Shown here: piece after piece, positions 25,727-40,202 of the stretch
Layout of the letters: each line of letters starts with the position of its first letter
Position numbering within the stretch: the first letter of the stretch is position 1
Origin: Spongospora subterranea f. sp. subterranea
Lineage: Eukaryota
NCBI GenBank assembly: GCA_049724395.1
Contig: JAUGWO010000042.1
Coordinates: 1 to 64,000 of the forward strand
DNA: 64,000 nucleotides
Reading direction: 5' to 3'
Program-made: the position numbers and the translations under genes
The notes under the pieces: generated by a model
What the model saw: the letters and a program-made list of their open reading frames with translations, nothing else
What the model was told of the DNA's origin: nothing
The model's database searches: none

Positions 25727-27510
25727 CTATGGCTTCCATAAAGCAGCAAAGGGATCAGCGGGAACGGCTGGCTTTTGAAACGGATCATTAGGCAAGCGTT
25801 GAGGAGTCTGTTGCTGTGGCTGAGAAAATGGATTCTGTGGATATGCTTGGCCGTAAGGTGGCATTTGATTGTACATTTGAGGTTGCATTGGCGCTGGAGG
25901 ATATGCACCTTGCATGGGCATATGTTGGAAAGGATTTCCCCCTCCCATTACGGGTTGTTGCTGAGTGTAACCATATGACTGAAATTGCTGATCGACTTGA
26001 GCATATCCGTATGGGTTTGTCTGACCCAATTGCTGGTGCTGCTGCGGAAATGGCTGCTGATAAAACTGATTTGTCGGCTGCTGCGATGGGACAGGAAAAA
26101 TTGCCAAATCTGAGGTCACAGGCCTGTTGCTGGCTGCGATCTCAGCAAGTGTTTTGCTTGGGGCAGAACCAGTTACGACTTGAGGTTTTTTCGGCGGTGC
26201 ATGAGCTCGGAGGTCTGAAACGTCAATTAAGTTGCTTCCAACGTTCCAAAATCTGAAAATGTTTGTTGTTTAGACATTGCTGGAAAGTACTAAGTGCGAA
26301 AAAAAAATACCCTTTATCATTATCATCGTCTGATCCAATTTCTAAAGCGTCATCGAACGCGAATCCATCCGTTTCTGGGGTGCCACGAGGAGTCGTTGGA
26401 TCTATAGGCGTACCGTGAAAGATTTTCCCGCCCTATAGCACCCATTAATATATATATACAGTACACGTAATCAGGCAGATCAGCATACGGATTCGATTGA
26501 AAGTGATGGATGTTTTTGTTGAGCATCGCTACCGAGGTTCATGGCGGAAAACCAATCAACAGGGGCCGAACCTTGTCCAGTTAATAGGTCTACTTCTCGC
26601 GTGGTGGTCTATAAGATCATCATCAGATATAATATTGAATGAATACAAAATGGATCCTACATTAGCCATTGCTTGTGGTGCCTGGGATGCCATGACATCC
26701 TCTTCATCAGAAAGAGAAGAATCAAAAGATGCTTTCTCCGCCACCTTCTTTTCCTTCTTTTTCTTATCCTTTTTCTCTTTCTTTTTCTTGTCTTTGACCC
26801 TTTCCGATTTACTACTTTTCCGGGAATGCCTTTGGTTACCTTCCGCTATTATTCGGCATATTAGAGGACCAGAACATATTCGCACATGGCTAATTATGCT
26901 TACCATAACTCTGATCGTAACTAGCCTGACTAGCAGGAGTCTCTGGAGCGGTTTTAGAAGCCACGTGATTGCTCGGGCTGTCAAGTTCTGAGTTCTGGTC
27001 CTCATTATTAGCAGCGCCACTTCTATAATTTCGATCATAACGATCGACTTGTAGCGTTTTGTCTCCTCGAGTTCGCTCTTTTCGCATTTTCTCTAGCGTA
27101 TCCTCATTGTTCAACAATTCCAAAACTTTTTTAGCTTGACCTCGTACTTCACCTCCAACATCCTCGTGTTCTCTATAAAATTTGTATCCCGTCAACCTCT
27201 TGACCACGTTCTTCTTCGTTCTCATATCGCGAACGAAACGGTCATCACCATGAACCAGTAAATAATCAGTCAAAATAAGACCCTTCAAAATATGTGACGG
27301 CTGGTGCAAATCGGTGATCCTTTTCCAGAGTATAGAAAACATGGAGTTATACGAATAGCGGTCACGAGTATCATGGGCGATTCTTGCCAGCAAACGCTCA
27401 TCCGCGCCAACCGGATCGTTCGATGTTGCCTCTCTAACCCGTAGCTGCACATCATCGTAATCCATTGCGACCTCTTTCACGCCTCGGACGAACTTTTTTA
27501 CTTGATCCAT
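25727..27510 (-). CDS. Epsin-like ENTH-domain protein
   Basis: VREATSNDP...ILWKRI...ILKGLILTDYLLVHG...DVGGEVR; Q/P-rich tail with NPF and DPF motifs. Confidence 0.9.
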
Positions 27511-28454
27511 GATCGGCGATAACGATGGGATCTAGACCAGCAATACAAACGACCTCCGGCCGATACTATTTCAATATCGGTTGTGATATAAACAGACACA
27601 ACTAGGAATCTCTATCTCATCCACTTGTACAGTAATGTTACAATGATTGCCCCTAGGCGGCCAACACTATAGCGGGGCAGAGGTGCTCAATGCGGATACT
27701 CAATCACGATATCAATTACTCAAACTTACACACAGGATTACAGTTATAGGGATGGATAAAAGGAGGCCTCGCGCTGGTCAATCACTCAGTGACAGTCATG
27801 ACTGTGGAGGTCGCGCACTGTCATGTTCTTCCTCTCGGCTTTTCGGAGTTTTATCACCGTACAAGCCCACATTTCGCCAGCAACTGTACTGCACTGTCGA
27901 ATAATTCGGGTCCGATGATGTGTAGCTGCTTGGACCCGGTCACCTTGAATTCGATCTCATGGCGTACAATCGTACTACTGCGCGTTCCCTCATATTGTGA
28001 GGGATTCAATGAACGTCTCCACCAAAGCTATCACAGCAATGCTCTGTCCTGTGAAAAGAGTGAGATAATCGGTCCTAGAGTTCACGATATTGGACGAAAA
28101 TGCGTTCCGTTTTTAACAATGAATTGATGGTAATCAGTTGATGAATGTCGGTGACAACAGATAAGTGTCTAGATTGAGCGTGTCAATAATCTGCATCATT
28201 CAATCTCATGTTTTACTATATCTATTATGGTTAGCACTGAAACAAGTTGTTGAATTTGGGAATACATTCGCTGTTTCCCGGCGACATCTCTCTGGCATCC
28301 ACAAACTGTGTTAAAGGAGTTAGTCGCTGTTTTTAAAATGCCAAATTACTGTAGCTCGTATACTGTCAACCATAAAAAACCGCTGGTTCCCGTACATGCC
28401 ATAAAGGAAACCATTAACAGATGAAATTGAACAACGTGTCTCAAGTTATATACA

Positions 28455-30059
28455 CTATGATTTTATTGAACTTCTGATATCGTGGAAGCTTCGGAATCTG
28501 TTATATGATTCGTTGACTGCCTTGAATGTTTCTTCAGCCCGATATCGGGATTCCAACAGATCGCCTATATGTTTATCGGGATGGATCTTGAGCAGGGCCC
28601 GTTTATAGCTTTTACTCGTTTCTTCAAAGGTGGCAGTCGCTGGCAAATACGGCGCTTGGCCGGGAACGGCTCGATTAACGTTGTTCAAAAGCCAGCGAAG
28701 GCTTCTGTTTTTTCTCCATTCTTCGACCTCGCCAATAATCTAATGATTGTAAATTTATTGTCGTGTTTCTTATAATAGAAAACATACCTGAGTTCGAAGG
28801 CGCTCGTTGTCTTCTCTCTCAATTCTGATTTGCTCTTCGCGATGCCTTTGCGAGCTTCTCTTCTCTAGTAGAGCCAGTAGTTCATGACGCTCCATGCAAT
28901 GCATCTCGACATTTCCCACACCCATACTCCTCAGCTGTTGTTTCAGTTCGCGAATTGGTGTCCGTGCTAGCTCTGGGTCGCCGCCGGGAGTCTGAGTTGT
29001 ATTGCCAGAGTTGGGCTTGTTGGAGCTTGCGGGCCTGTATGATTTCCACTGATTGTTGACATCTTTTTGCATCATCTCCCACGCTTTCTTTGCTGCGGTG
29101 ATGGGATCCTCCTGAGATTTTTCTGATCTCATTTCCCGACGCCTCTCCCTTTCTTTCTTTTTCCGAAGACGCAATTCTTCATCGTAAAAGAACCGTTCTA
29201 TTCGAGATAATTTATCCGGGTCGATACGCTCTCCCTCTGTGAGTTTTGTCCTTACTTTGGCGGCAGCGGCAGCCACAGGATCCGTTGCAGGTGTTTGTGC
29301 AGATTGATGCGGTTCGGTCAGAGACGGCAACGAACCAGAATTCAGAGAATTGGGCAGCGTTTTAATCGGGAAACGACGGTTGTGATGAAAACTGACCGGA
29401 TCGTCCTTTACATTCTGCGGTTCAGGAACCTCATAATGCGTTTGTTGCTTCTCCATCCTGGGCACACTTGGCTCGTACACCTTTCCCGTCCCTTTCTCAT
29501 CTTTGTTGTTGAGACGGCGATGTCTTTTGTGTTCGGCCATTCCAGGCACAGCAACTGATTTTCTGGAAGGCGGTTTGCTGTTGGAAGGAGTTGACGACAT
29601 AGACTGTTCTGAGAGCCTTCGGGAAGGAGCTGACCCGACCGTGTTTGCTGCAGCCTTGGCGTCAGCAGCTAAACGGTGCAGACGCTCTTCCAGGGTAGTC
29701 ATCATCCGAATTCTATCGCTAGTTGAGGTTGACGACTGCGGCGCAGTACGACGCCCTTCCTCCGGGCGACAAACGGCTTTCCGAAGTAAGCGATCGACTC
29801 GAGCTGCTGATGATTCAGCAGCTGCAGTATGGCGTTTTGGTAATGAAAACAAGTCGGCAACATCGTGCTCGGCTCGAGATGATATCAAGGGGTCTGCGTC
29901 GACATCTACCCCATTCCAACGGCGCTGACTTTTCGCCCGAATGGAGTCGGCCCTATTCTTTGCTTTCGCATAACGTCGGCGCCATTCGCTTACCAGGCGT
30001 TTATAGCGAATCGGTGGAGCACCATGTTCCAGTGGAACCGAAAAAATCGGTGGCAACAT
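28455..30059 (-). CDS. Protein with C-terminal auxilin-like DnaJ domain
   Basis: YKRALLKIHPDK...AEETFKAVNESY; intron ~28738-28786. Confidence 0.85.
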
Positions 30060-30333
30060 ATTGGCCCGTGCAACTGATATGTTCTAATCCAGGAGTACCA
30101 ATAGGCGATCAACAAATGTGGAATCTGGATAAGATACTGTGATGTAAGAGTAAACCACCCACGACGACTATATATTACAATTCAGGGTGGAGAAGCCATG
30201 ACGTAAATCACAATGGAAATGTTGAATGGTCATGGCGAAACAGTTCAACACCTGTTGTCGTGTGACGCCATCTAGCAATGCAGTTGGTCACAGAATATTT
30301 CCTGAGTTTCTATATTAGACGACACATTTGATA

Positions 30334-30888
30334 TCACGATCGAGCGGGATCCATCTTGAACTGCTGCCGTTCAGTTCGCTTTCCGGCTTCCAACAGGAAT
30401 AGCGTCGAACTCATGGCAATCGTCAACATCGCAGCTGATAACGCTCCCGTCTTGACACTATTCGCTGGTGGAAAAAACCGTTAAGCATATTGCTGCTGCT
30501 GTTTGAACCTCTAGCATTACCGTGTAAACCTAGACAGGCTCCTGCAGCTGAACAAGCCGCCGTTTGTGACCAAATACTATGAGACCCGGGTTTATCCCAG
30601 CTTCGAGTCAGGTTCCTGGCAATGGAGTACGCTGCACCCGATGACGCCATAAGAAGTGAATATCTCCCGACATTATGCAAAGTATTCTTAATGTACGTGC
30701 CGCGATTCAGTTCACTCGATGTATATCGATTAGAATGGAAAGACTACCTGAAGAAACGGTTGTGAATGCCCAGGACGTCCTGCTGGCAAATCGGACCAGA
30801 TCGCTTTTAGAGTTCCGACTACAGTTCCAATCCCAGCTCCAAGGATAGTCGTGCGAACAGGATCTAGCATGCCATCGTCTTTGCCCAT
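30334..30888 (-). CDS. Tim17/22/23-family (NDUFA11-like) mitochondrial membrane protein
   Basis: Three exons with Gly/Ala-rich TM helices (GAGIGTVVG, SGAAYS, AACSAAGACLG). Confidence 0.6.
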
Positions 30889-31729
30889 CTGTCCGTTGAT
30901 TTTGCCCACCAATCGTGGCTGATGAGGTCGGGAGAATCGAAAATACCAACGGGCTGACCCTGACCGAAGGATGTTTCGTTACACTTACTCTTCGGTACAC
31001 TTACTCTTGATTGGGGTTCAGACTGGCGCACAAATTTAATTCCGACTGTGAAAGCAGCCACATGAGTCAGGGATGGCGGGCCGGTTCAGAAACCAAGAAA
31101 TCACTGTGATGATCGTTTAGTGATTGGTCTAAAGTTCCCATCATGAATTCCAAGCATGTTGACCTTTGGTATCAAAATGCGGTGAGCATGTCATCAATAT
31201 GCCAGAGAGTGGTCAGCATTCGAAAACCGTTCTTTAGGAATTTGAGAAAACAGCCCCGGTTAAGATGCCCTGACGAAGTCTTGATCGGCTCTTTCCACGC
31301 TGCATCAAAAATATTTGACGAGCTGGAAAGATATCGATGAATTTGATTCCAGAGATACGAGCTTTTGTCTGTTGACAATCGTCCAATCCCATTGCGTGTG
31401 GCAATTGGTACTCGATGATTACGGGTACATGTCTGCATAATGAATTACTCTCAACGTGCCTCTGAAGATTTGTCCGATAACCTTTGAAACCCAAGCACAC
31501 ATGGATAATGCCGAAAATTTGAACTTTTTGGATATCCTACGAACCGCTTTTCATGCGTATTAGTAGGCAACTATTCGTGATACAAACCGTGATGCACATT
31601 ATTGATCGTAAAAATGCAACTACAAATATATCACTGTTTATGTGAGGCACTCCTTTCCGCATAATAATTCTTTCAACTGTTCCATGTGTTCAATGGCAAA
31701 CTCCTGGATTAATTTGATCATTTTAATGG

Positions 31730-31767
31730 GTCCCATAATGAGGCCGTGTACTTTGTCAGATATATAA
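31730..31767 (+). promoter_or_regulatory. snRNA-type promoter GTCCCATAAT plus TATATAA (copy 2)
   Basis: Same 31 bp element-to-TATA and 33 bp TATA-to-start offsets as copy 1. Confidence 0.75.
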
Positions 31768-31793
31768 CGACTGACAATTGGTTGATGATGATC

Positions 31794-32018
31794 AAGATCA
31801 TACTTGTACAGGATCACTTCTATAGTGATTTCACCTGTCTAGTCATTCCCAAAAATGACAGATCTACCCAACCTGGACGATGATCAATAGGTGCTCTCGC
31901 TTAGCGTGAGGCTGGGCTCTGTTCCATATCATATCATGATAGGAATGGGCGCCCACGATGACCGTATTACTTGCCATCATTCCGGCTTGTGATTGCGGGA
32001 GCACCATTCTGACAGGTT
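31794..32018 (+). ncRNA. U3: U3 snoRNA (copy 2)
   Basis: Apparently identical to 996-1220; all U3 boxes present. Confidence 0.92.
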
Positions 32019-33080
32019 CATCATATCAAACCCCATAATTAATCAAAACGAATGCCATTCTCCCCTGGTTTCAAAGCTTGGTGTTTCAGATTGGTTAAGT
32101 ATATCTTCTGAGAGTTCATAGTTGGTTCGTGACGCTGTGCTCTTTTTCGCGACGCGTGACCAAGGTTTAACCAAAGAGGCGTTGCATGACGCTATCGTCA
32201 GAAGTGGGGCAGGTCAATTTGACGAACGCACAAATTCTTCATTTTTGGCGCAATCCAGATGCAATTGATTGTTAAAATTCGCCATTGACTCTAGTCACTT
32301 CTTATCTTAGAACTTGATGAAGGAATTGTACATCGGGCAGCTTCTCAGAGTAAATAGACTTTATTTTTTCCATTTCGTTGGATACATAAACTTCGTATCA
32401 ATTTGTCTCGATGACGAGGTGTTTTTTACAAAATGTTCGTGATGACGTCGTTCCGGTACCTTAATACATTACGTGGATGGTATTTATAAAAACCTCAGGT
32501 CAGATGAAAAGCTAGCATTGCGATCCTCAATCCCAATCTAGATATTTGACCGGCGGCGCGTTGGTTCCCGGTGGTGCAAGTCAAGCGAATCGTGAAGTCC
32601 ATGCTCTTTAGAGCAAAGGAACGGTGCCAACCAATTTGCGACTCTGTCGTCAATGTACACAGTCGACGATACATGGCAAACGTCCACACGTCGAAGTCAA
32701 ACAAAATCGAGAGCTAATGAGGATACGATTATCCCAGAGCTGGCCCTATTTTCCTGGCACGGAAGCGAACTGACATCGAAATCGACGGTATTCGGTGAGA
32801 AACAATATCAAGCTGCAACATTCATTTTCCCAAACAAGCCAATCGATCCATCCACAAAGCTGCTGTCCTTCAGGGTTCCACTAAAGCATCTGGAGGGCGG
32901 CCAGTGTTTTCTGTAGGCCCGTTTTTGATTACGGCAACGAGAAGGAATGACAGGAGGCCGCAGCCCCGCAGTAAAATCCAAAGGTAGAGTCTTGCAATGT
33001 ACACTAGGCGCAACGGTAATGCAGTGATGCGTAACCCCATGATGCAGTTTCACAGTTCTCGTTCTCGCAATCGTTTGCTG

Positions 33081-33578
33081 ATGGCGTCACCGCTCGGACG
33101 GCTGATTGCCCAGCTACTTGTCGTGGGCACTTCAGTAGTCAGCAAGGCATTTGTCCAAGCCTATCAACAGGCAGTTGCCAGTAGGGTTTTTTTCGCTCAT
33201 CGAAAATTGTGGTTTTGATGTGATGCATGTAGACGCCGGAAGGCAAGGTGGGACAAAAGCTGCTGCGGCAAGTTTATCACAGGCGCTATCAAGGAAGATT
33301 CAAGTTGATGAGGCGGAAAAGATACTAAATGTGACGAAGGGTGTCACCGAAGAACAACTTGAAAAAGTAAAGTTTCTTGTAGCAATTTTCGTGTTTCTCG
33401 TTATTCATGGCGCTGATCTTTTCAGTCATTTAACCATTTATTTGATGCCAACAAGGTGGAGGACGGTGGTTCATTTTATATTCAGTCGAAGGTGTATAGA
33501 GCATATGAATGTCTCAAACTAGATATCCAGTCCAAAGCGGGGGAATCTTCAAACAAGACAATAAATTCGTCTAGATAG
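33081..33578 (+). CDS. PAM16: Mitochondrial import motor subunit Pam16
   Basis: RLIAQLLVVG...KAFVQAYQQA, DEAEKILNV, HLFDAN...GGSFYIQSKVYRA; two introns. Confidence 0.95.
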
Positions 33579-33777
33579 TCTTATCTTACTGTAAATCTGC
33601 CCTGCTATAGATAATGCAACTTTATGAAAAATAATCAATATTTTCATGCTATACAGTTTTCAAAATTGCAAAGTCAGTCTCAGCTAGCAATTTTTCTTGA
33701 TGATGAACGTCGCCTATCCTGATCAGTGATCTGTCATTGGCCAAACTTTTAAAATGTCAATCCCGATCATTTTTACG

Positions 33778-33900
33778 ATATGTTGTTTCCTCAACTGAAA
33801 AGGCCAATCCCGGTTCAATTATGTTATCTCCCCAACTCAAGGGGCCAATCTCAATCACTGCAATATGTGTTTCAACAGCTTGAGGAGGCCAATCTCAATA
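33778..33900 (+). promoter_or_regulatory. Degenerate ~43 bp tandem repeat, each unit with a GGCCAATC (CCAAT box)
   Basis: GGCCAATC at 33802, 33843 and 33887, about 200-280 bp upstream of the LCB2 ATG. Confidence 0.45.
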
Positions 33901-34084
33901 TATTTCAGTGATCACTGACTGGAATTGAGTGGGTGAAACCGCCCAAGCCCGGCCTGCCCTGCCTGGTACCACCACTGCCCAGGCCGACCCTGATAAGATT
34001 CAAGAGCGATTATCACTTTGAATCATTTCCTCGCCGCAAATCAGTCAACGGAACTAACGATCGTTTCCTTTTGATATTCTGATC

Positions 34085-36420
<2,336 letters not shown>

Positions 36421-36511
36421 ATAAAACGTACAAAAGACCCAAATTTCCAGAATCGCGATCGTTCAATGGAGTGGAAATATCTCAATAAGAAATCATCAGT
36501 ACGTAATTGCA

Positions 36512-37086
36512 ATGAAGTCACCTAACGCCACAGCGATCCGTAAACCGCCGTCGTTCGCCAAGCCAACGACGGCATCGTGTAGACGGGTATTGGCAGCGAC
36601 AATAGGTGAAGAGCAACAACAGCCTAGCCATGATCTGAGCTGGTCAATGAGGGAATATCTAGACAGAGATGGGGAGCTGATCTCCCCCGAATTGCTCTTA
36701 TCAGGTTCTGCCCGGTCCGGTCTCGGAAATTCCGAAACGATGATTGCTGAAACATTTTCGGTTTAGTTTCTGATCGAGTTATCGGTCTGTTTAATGAATG
36801 TTGTCGGGGAATCGGATCACGTCCTTGTTCTCGTATTAGCAATTCCCATTTTTTGCGTTTATTGCGGTCGATTTGCGTTCTGGGTGACAACTCCCAGCTC
36901 AGTACAGCTCAGGCTGAATTGGCCTTTATACGAGCTCGGAATCCCTATTCGCCAACCCTCAATCTGGACGGGTTTGATCGGGCATTAGCCAATATTGCTC
37001 ACACATTATATCCATCATCAGTCTGCCCAATCGCTCGTCTCTTCGAATTGATCAATGATCGACGACCGCCTTCAAATAAACAATAA
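36512..37086 (+). CDS. Small protein with a p25-alpha/TPPP-like domain
   Basis: RLLRSICVL...LSTAQAELAFIRAR...LNLDGFDRALANIAHTLYP follows the p25-alpha pattern. Confidence 0.55.
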
Positions 37087-37827
37087 CGTAACTAGACAAT
37101 GTAGACGGAAGTGGGCCAAACGTGTTGCAGCAGGCGATTTCTTGTTTGGAATCATCGAACCGCTATCGCAGTTCTAATAACTGTATCCGAACGTGATCAC
37201 ACCACATTTATCGGGGAGAACCAACAGTAGCGCTCTGTGATGAAAATCCCTCACAAAGAACGATCTGTTTTTTTGTCATGTTCCGACTTCAGAACCCGTT
37301 AGACACCTTGCGAATGACCGCAACATGATGGTTTAAACAAAAAGAATGACTACAGACAGATTTGAAATCGGTCCGATATGGGTATACATGTCGTTGATTG
37401 ATAATGGGATGGTCTCGGAAATGATTGCTGCTAGGGTGTTTTTGACATATTTTGATGGCATCAATTGTGGCGTCCAAATTGATGGACTGTGAGGTGAAAC
37501 GGCGTTCAACGCTTTTCCATCTACAGCTTAGCCAACATGGAAAAAGCCTGCCCCAATGTTCTGTATTGTATGTGGAACCGAATGAGAAGTGGACGAGCTG
37601 ATGAGGCGCGATCACACCAGGTAAAGCACATGGCGATACCAGGTGGGGACGTTAGGTTGACCCTGGTTGGGTGGGCAGATGTACTACAGGGGTTGACTAA
37701 GGGTGGTGACTGGGTGTCATGATATTGTGACTGTGGGTGTCATGTTCAGGGTGACGAGAGCGGCCCCCTTATGCACTATCACACTTTAGTAGTAGAGCTG
37801 GTACAGGCTCAATATCATTAATCGATA

Positions 37828-39748
37828 ATGGAGTCGGAGAAGGAGACGAGTCTCGGAACAGATGCGGATCCAGATAAGGATCTGCACTATTCAATGGCAG
37901 TTCAAGAGCAGATACCGGCTCCTGATTCGAATGAACCAGCCGTTGAGGTATTTTCCGCCGATGAAGTCAAGGGAGGGCGAACCAAGCCGAAGCGTAGTGC
38001 TGAATTATTGGCAAAGAAGGAAATGCTTACAGCACAAAGTTTGACGTTCGAGTCAACTAAAGCCGACGATGAGAGGCTTTACAGAAGGTTCCGTTCTTGA
38101 GAGTTTCCTTATTGCTGTTGAATGACGCTCTTTGAAGTCAGTCTCAGGCGTTCAAGGCTATATACAACAGAATCCTGAATTCCAAGAGAACGTCGAATGA
38201 TCTAGCCCATTATTTGACCAATCGCTGTAAGAGGCTTTCGGGCTTGTTTGCGGAGGACCCCACCGACGTCACGTTCGGGTTGAGTTTGTTAATCTGAACG
38301 CCATTTGATTGTCATGGCTCATCGCTTTTCAGGGAAGGTGAATTGGGGACTCTTCGTCGAGCAACAATATGTTTAGAACAGCTGACAAAGAGCGGACAGG
38401 AGCAGTTTGCGGAATGCCAATCAGGAGGTTGCCTACTGTTATTCCAAAAACGGTCTTGCAATAACATTCTCGGATAGTCTTTGCGCAAAGTGTCAAAAAG
38501 GCGCGAGATTTATCCCAAGATTTACAACGTCGGTCCGATGAGCTTCGCTCCGCGGCTGATAGACACAACGAAACTGTAAGCCTTCCTGGCTTGGAAAATT
38601 CGTGTCCGCTTTGTTGATATGGTGATATTTAGCTCTTAAACGAACGCACGACTATGCTTAACTCATGGAATAATTATGAGCATGCTATGCGCGATAATCT
38701 GCTCTCGGAAACCGAAGGAAAAACGACGCCAACATCAAAGGATCCCTATCTACTTGCAAGAAAGTATTTGCAACTGTGAATGAGAAATCGTTTGTTTCAT
38801 TTGCCGTATCCAGATACCTTCATGACCTATCAGTCTATCGGAATGGGCAGACTACATACAGGTGAATCAGCCAAGGTTACGATGCAGTTAGCTGATTATT
38901 TTTAACATAGTCGCGCCATGAAGAAAATTTTCGAAGAAGTGCATCTGAATGACGGCCGGCGGATAAATGTTATCAAGGATATTTTACTGGACTATCTTTT
39001 AGCGTAATGCCCTAAATTCAGCTTGATGTAGCGCTTGTAACCTTTCGGCAGAGAGAAAAGTATGCTAGTTAGCAAACTTAATCTTCTTGATGAGTCCCTC
39101 ACCGCTGTCAAATCAATCGACCGAGAACAGGATGTGAATATGTTCCTTATGACTGCCAAAGAATTGTGCGCTGACGATCGGGGCAAAATAGTGTTTGATT
39201 TTGAACCGAAAAGCGAAGGTTTCAGCAGTTTTTTGCGACGGGCTTTGAGAACACTTTTCATTATTCCTTTAGGAGACATGCTCATTGTGGAGCGCTTGAG
39301 ATCACATGTCCAGCATAAGGGCTTACTTTCTCGTCAAGGCAAAATTGTACGTTATTCAGTATCAATCGAACGGAAATTGATCTTTTCTAGGTGAAATCAA
39401 ACTATAAATTAGGTCACGCTGTCTTAACTTTAGCTGGGTTTTTACATTTTTTCGACAAACGCGAGGTACAAAAATTCAACTGCACATGCACGTGGCATGG
39501 CAATAGCTCAAGTATTCGAGGTTTAGGACGATTCTCCTGTATTCCGGTTGTCCTTGCAGGGAGCGGAAGTTAAAAACACTGAAGAGACTGAACCGTGTTC
39601 TTTCACATTGAGCATTCCAAACCGGTCATTTTTTTCTGTAAGTTCATCGCCTGACGTTTACGTATTCAAGGCCGAAGATCCATCGAGTTTGAAAGAATGG
39701 ACGTCCATGATCAGTGGTTGTATTGACAGGCTTGGCAGCACCGGATAA
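37828..39748 (+). CDS. F-BAR-like coiled-coil plus C-terminal PH-domain protein
   Basis: Helical N-terminal exons; PH: HKGLLSRQGKI|..AVLTLAGFLHFF...YVFKAED...KEWTSMI; many short introns. Confidence 0.7.
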
Positions 39749-39893
39749 GTTAATTTAATGACTAAATTAGGTTCGAATCACATAAGCCACGTTGAGCAAC
39801 TGTGTCCATCGCTGTAGAATTCGTTTTGACCACCCAATTAGTCCGATTAGACCACAACCGTCCGATATCTTCATTTACGAGAATCAATTAGGT

Positions 39894-40094
39894 ATGCCGA
39901 AGACGGCAGCGACCAAGCGAGCACCTCTTGGCGAACTAGCCCCAGGGCAGTTGAACCGTGGCACAAGGTCGTCGGCTCGCATTAGAAAGAAGAAGAACAA
40001 AATGAAAGCTCCCCCGATTACAATTCGTAAACCAGCTGGGCGCGTATTCTCCGTCGGTACCAAGCACGTTAAACACATGCCCGTTAAACGCTAG
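39894..40094 (+). CDS. Possible small basic protein (66 aa)
   Basis: MPKTAATKRAPLGELAPGQLN...RIRKKKNKMK; lies between two genes. Confidence 0.35.
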   Translation: MPKTAATKRAPLGELAPGQLNRGTRSSARIRKKKNKMKAPPITIRKPAGRVFSVGTKHVKHMPVKR

Positions 40095-40202
40095 CCAATC
40101 ACTATCCCAACGCTGCACCAGCAATTCGTATTTGCATGAGTAAGATTATCAGCCAGGGTATAATGGATGAACACGTTCCAAATCTATTTCGCTTGTTTCT
40201 TA

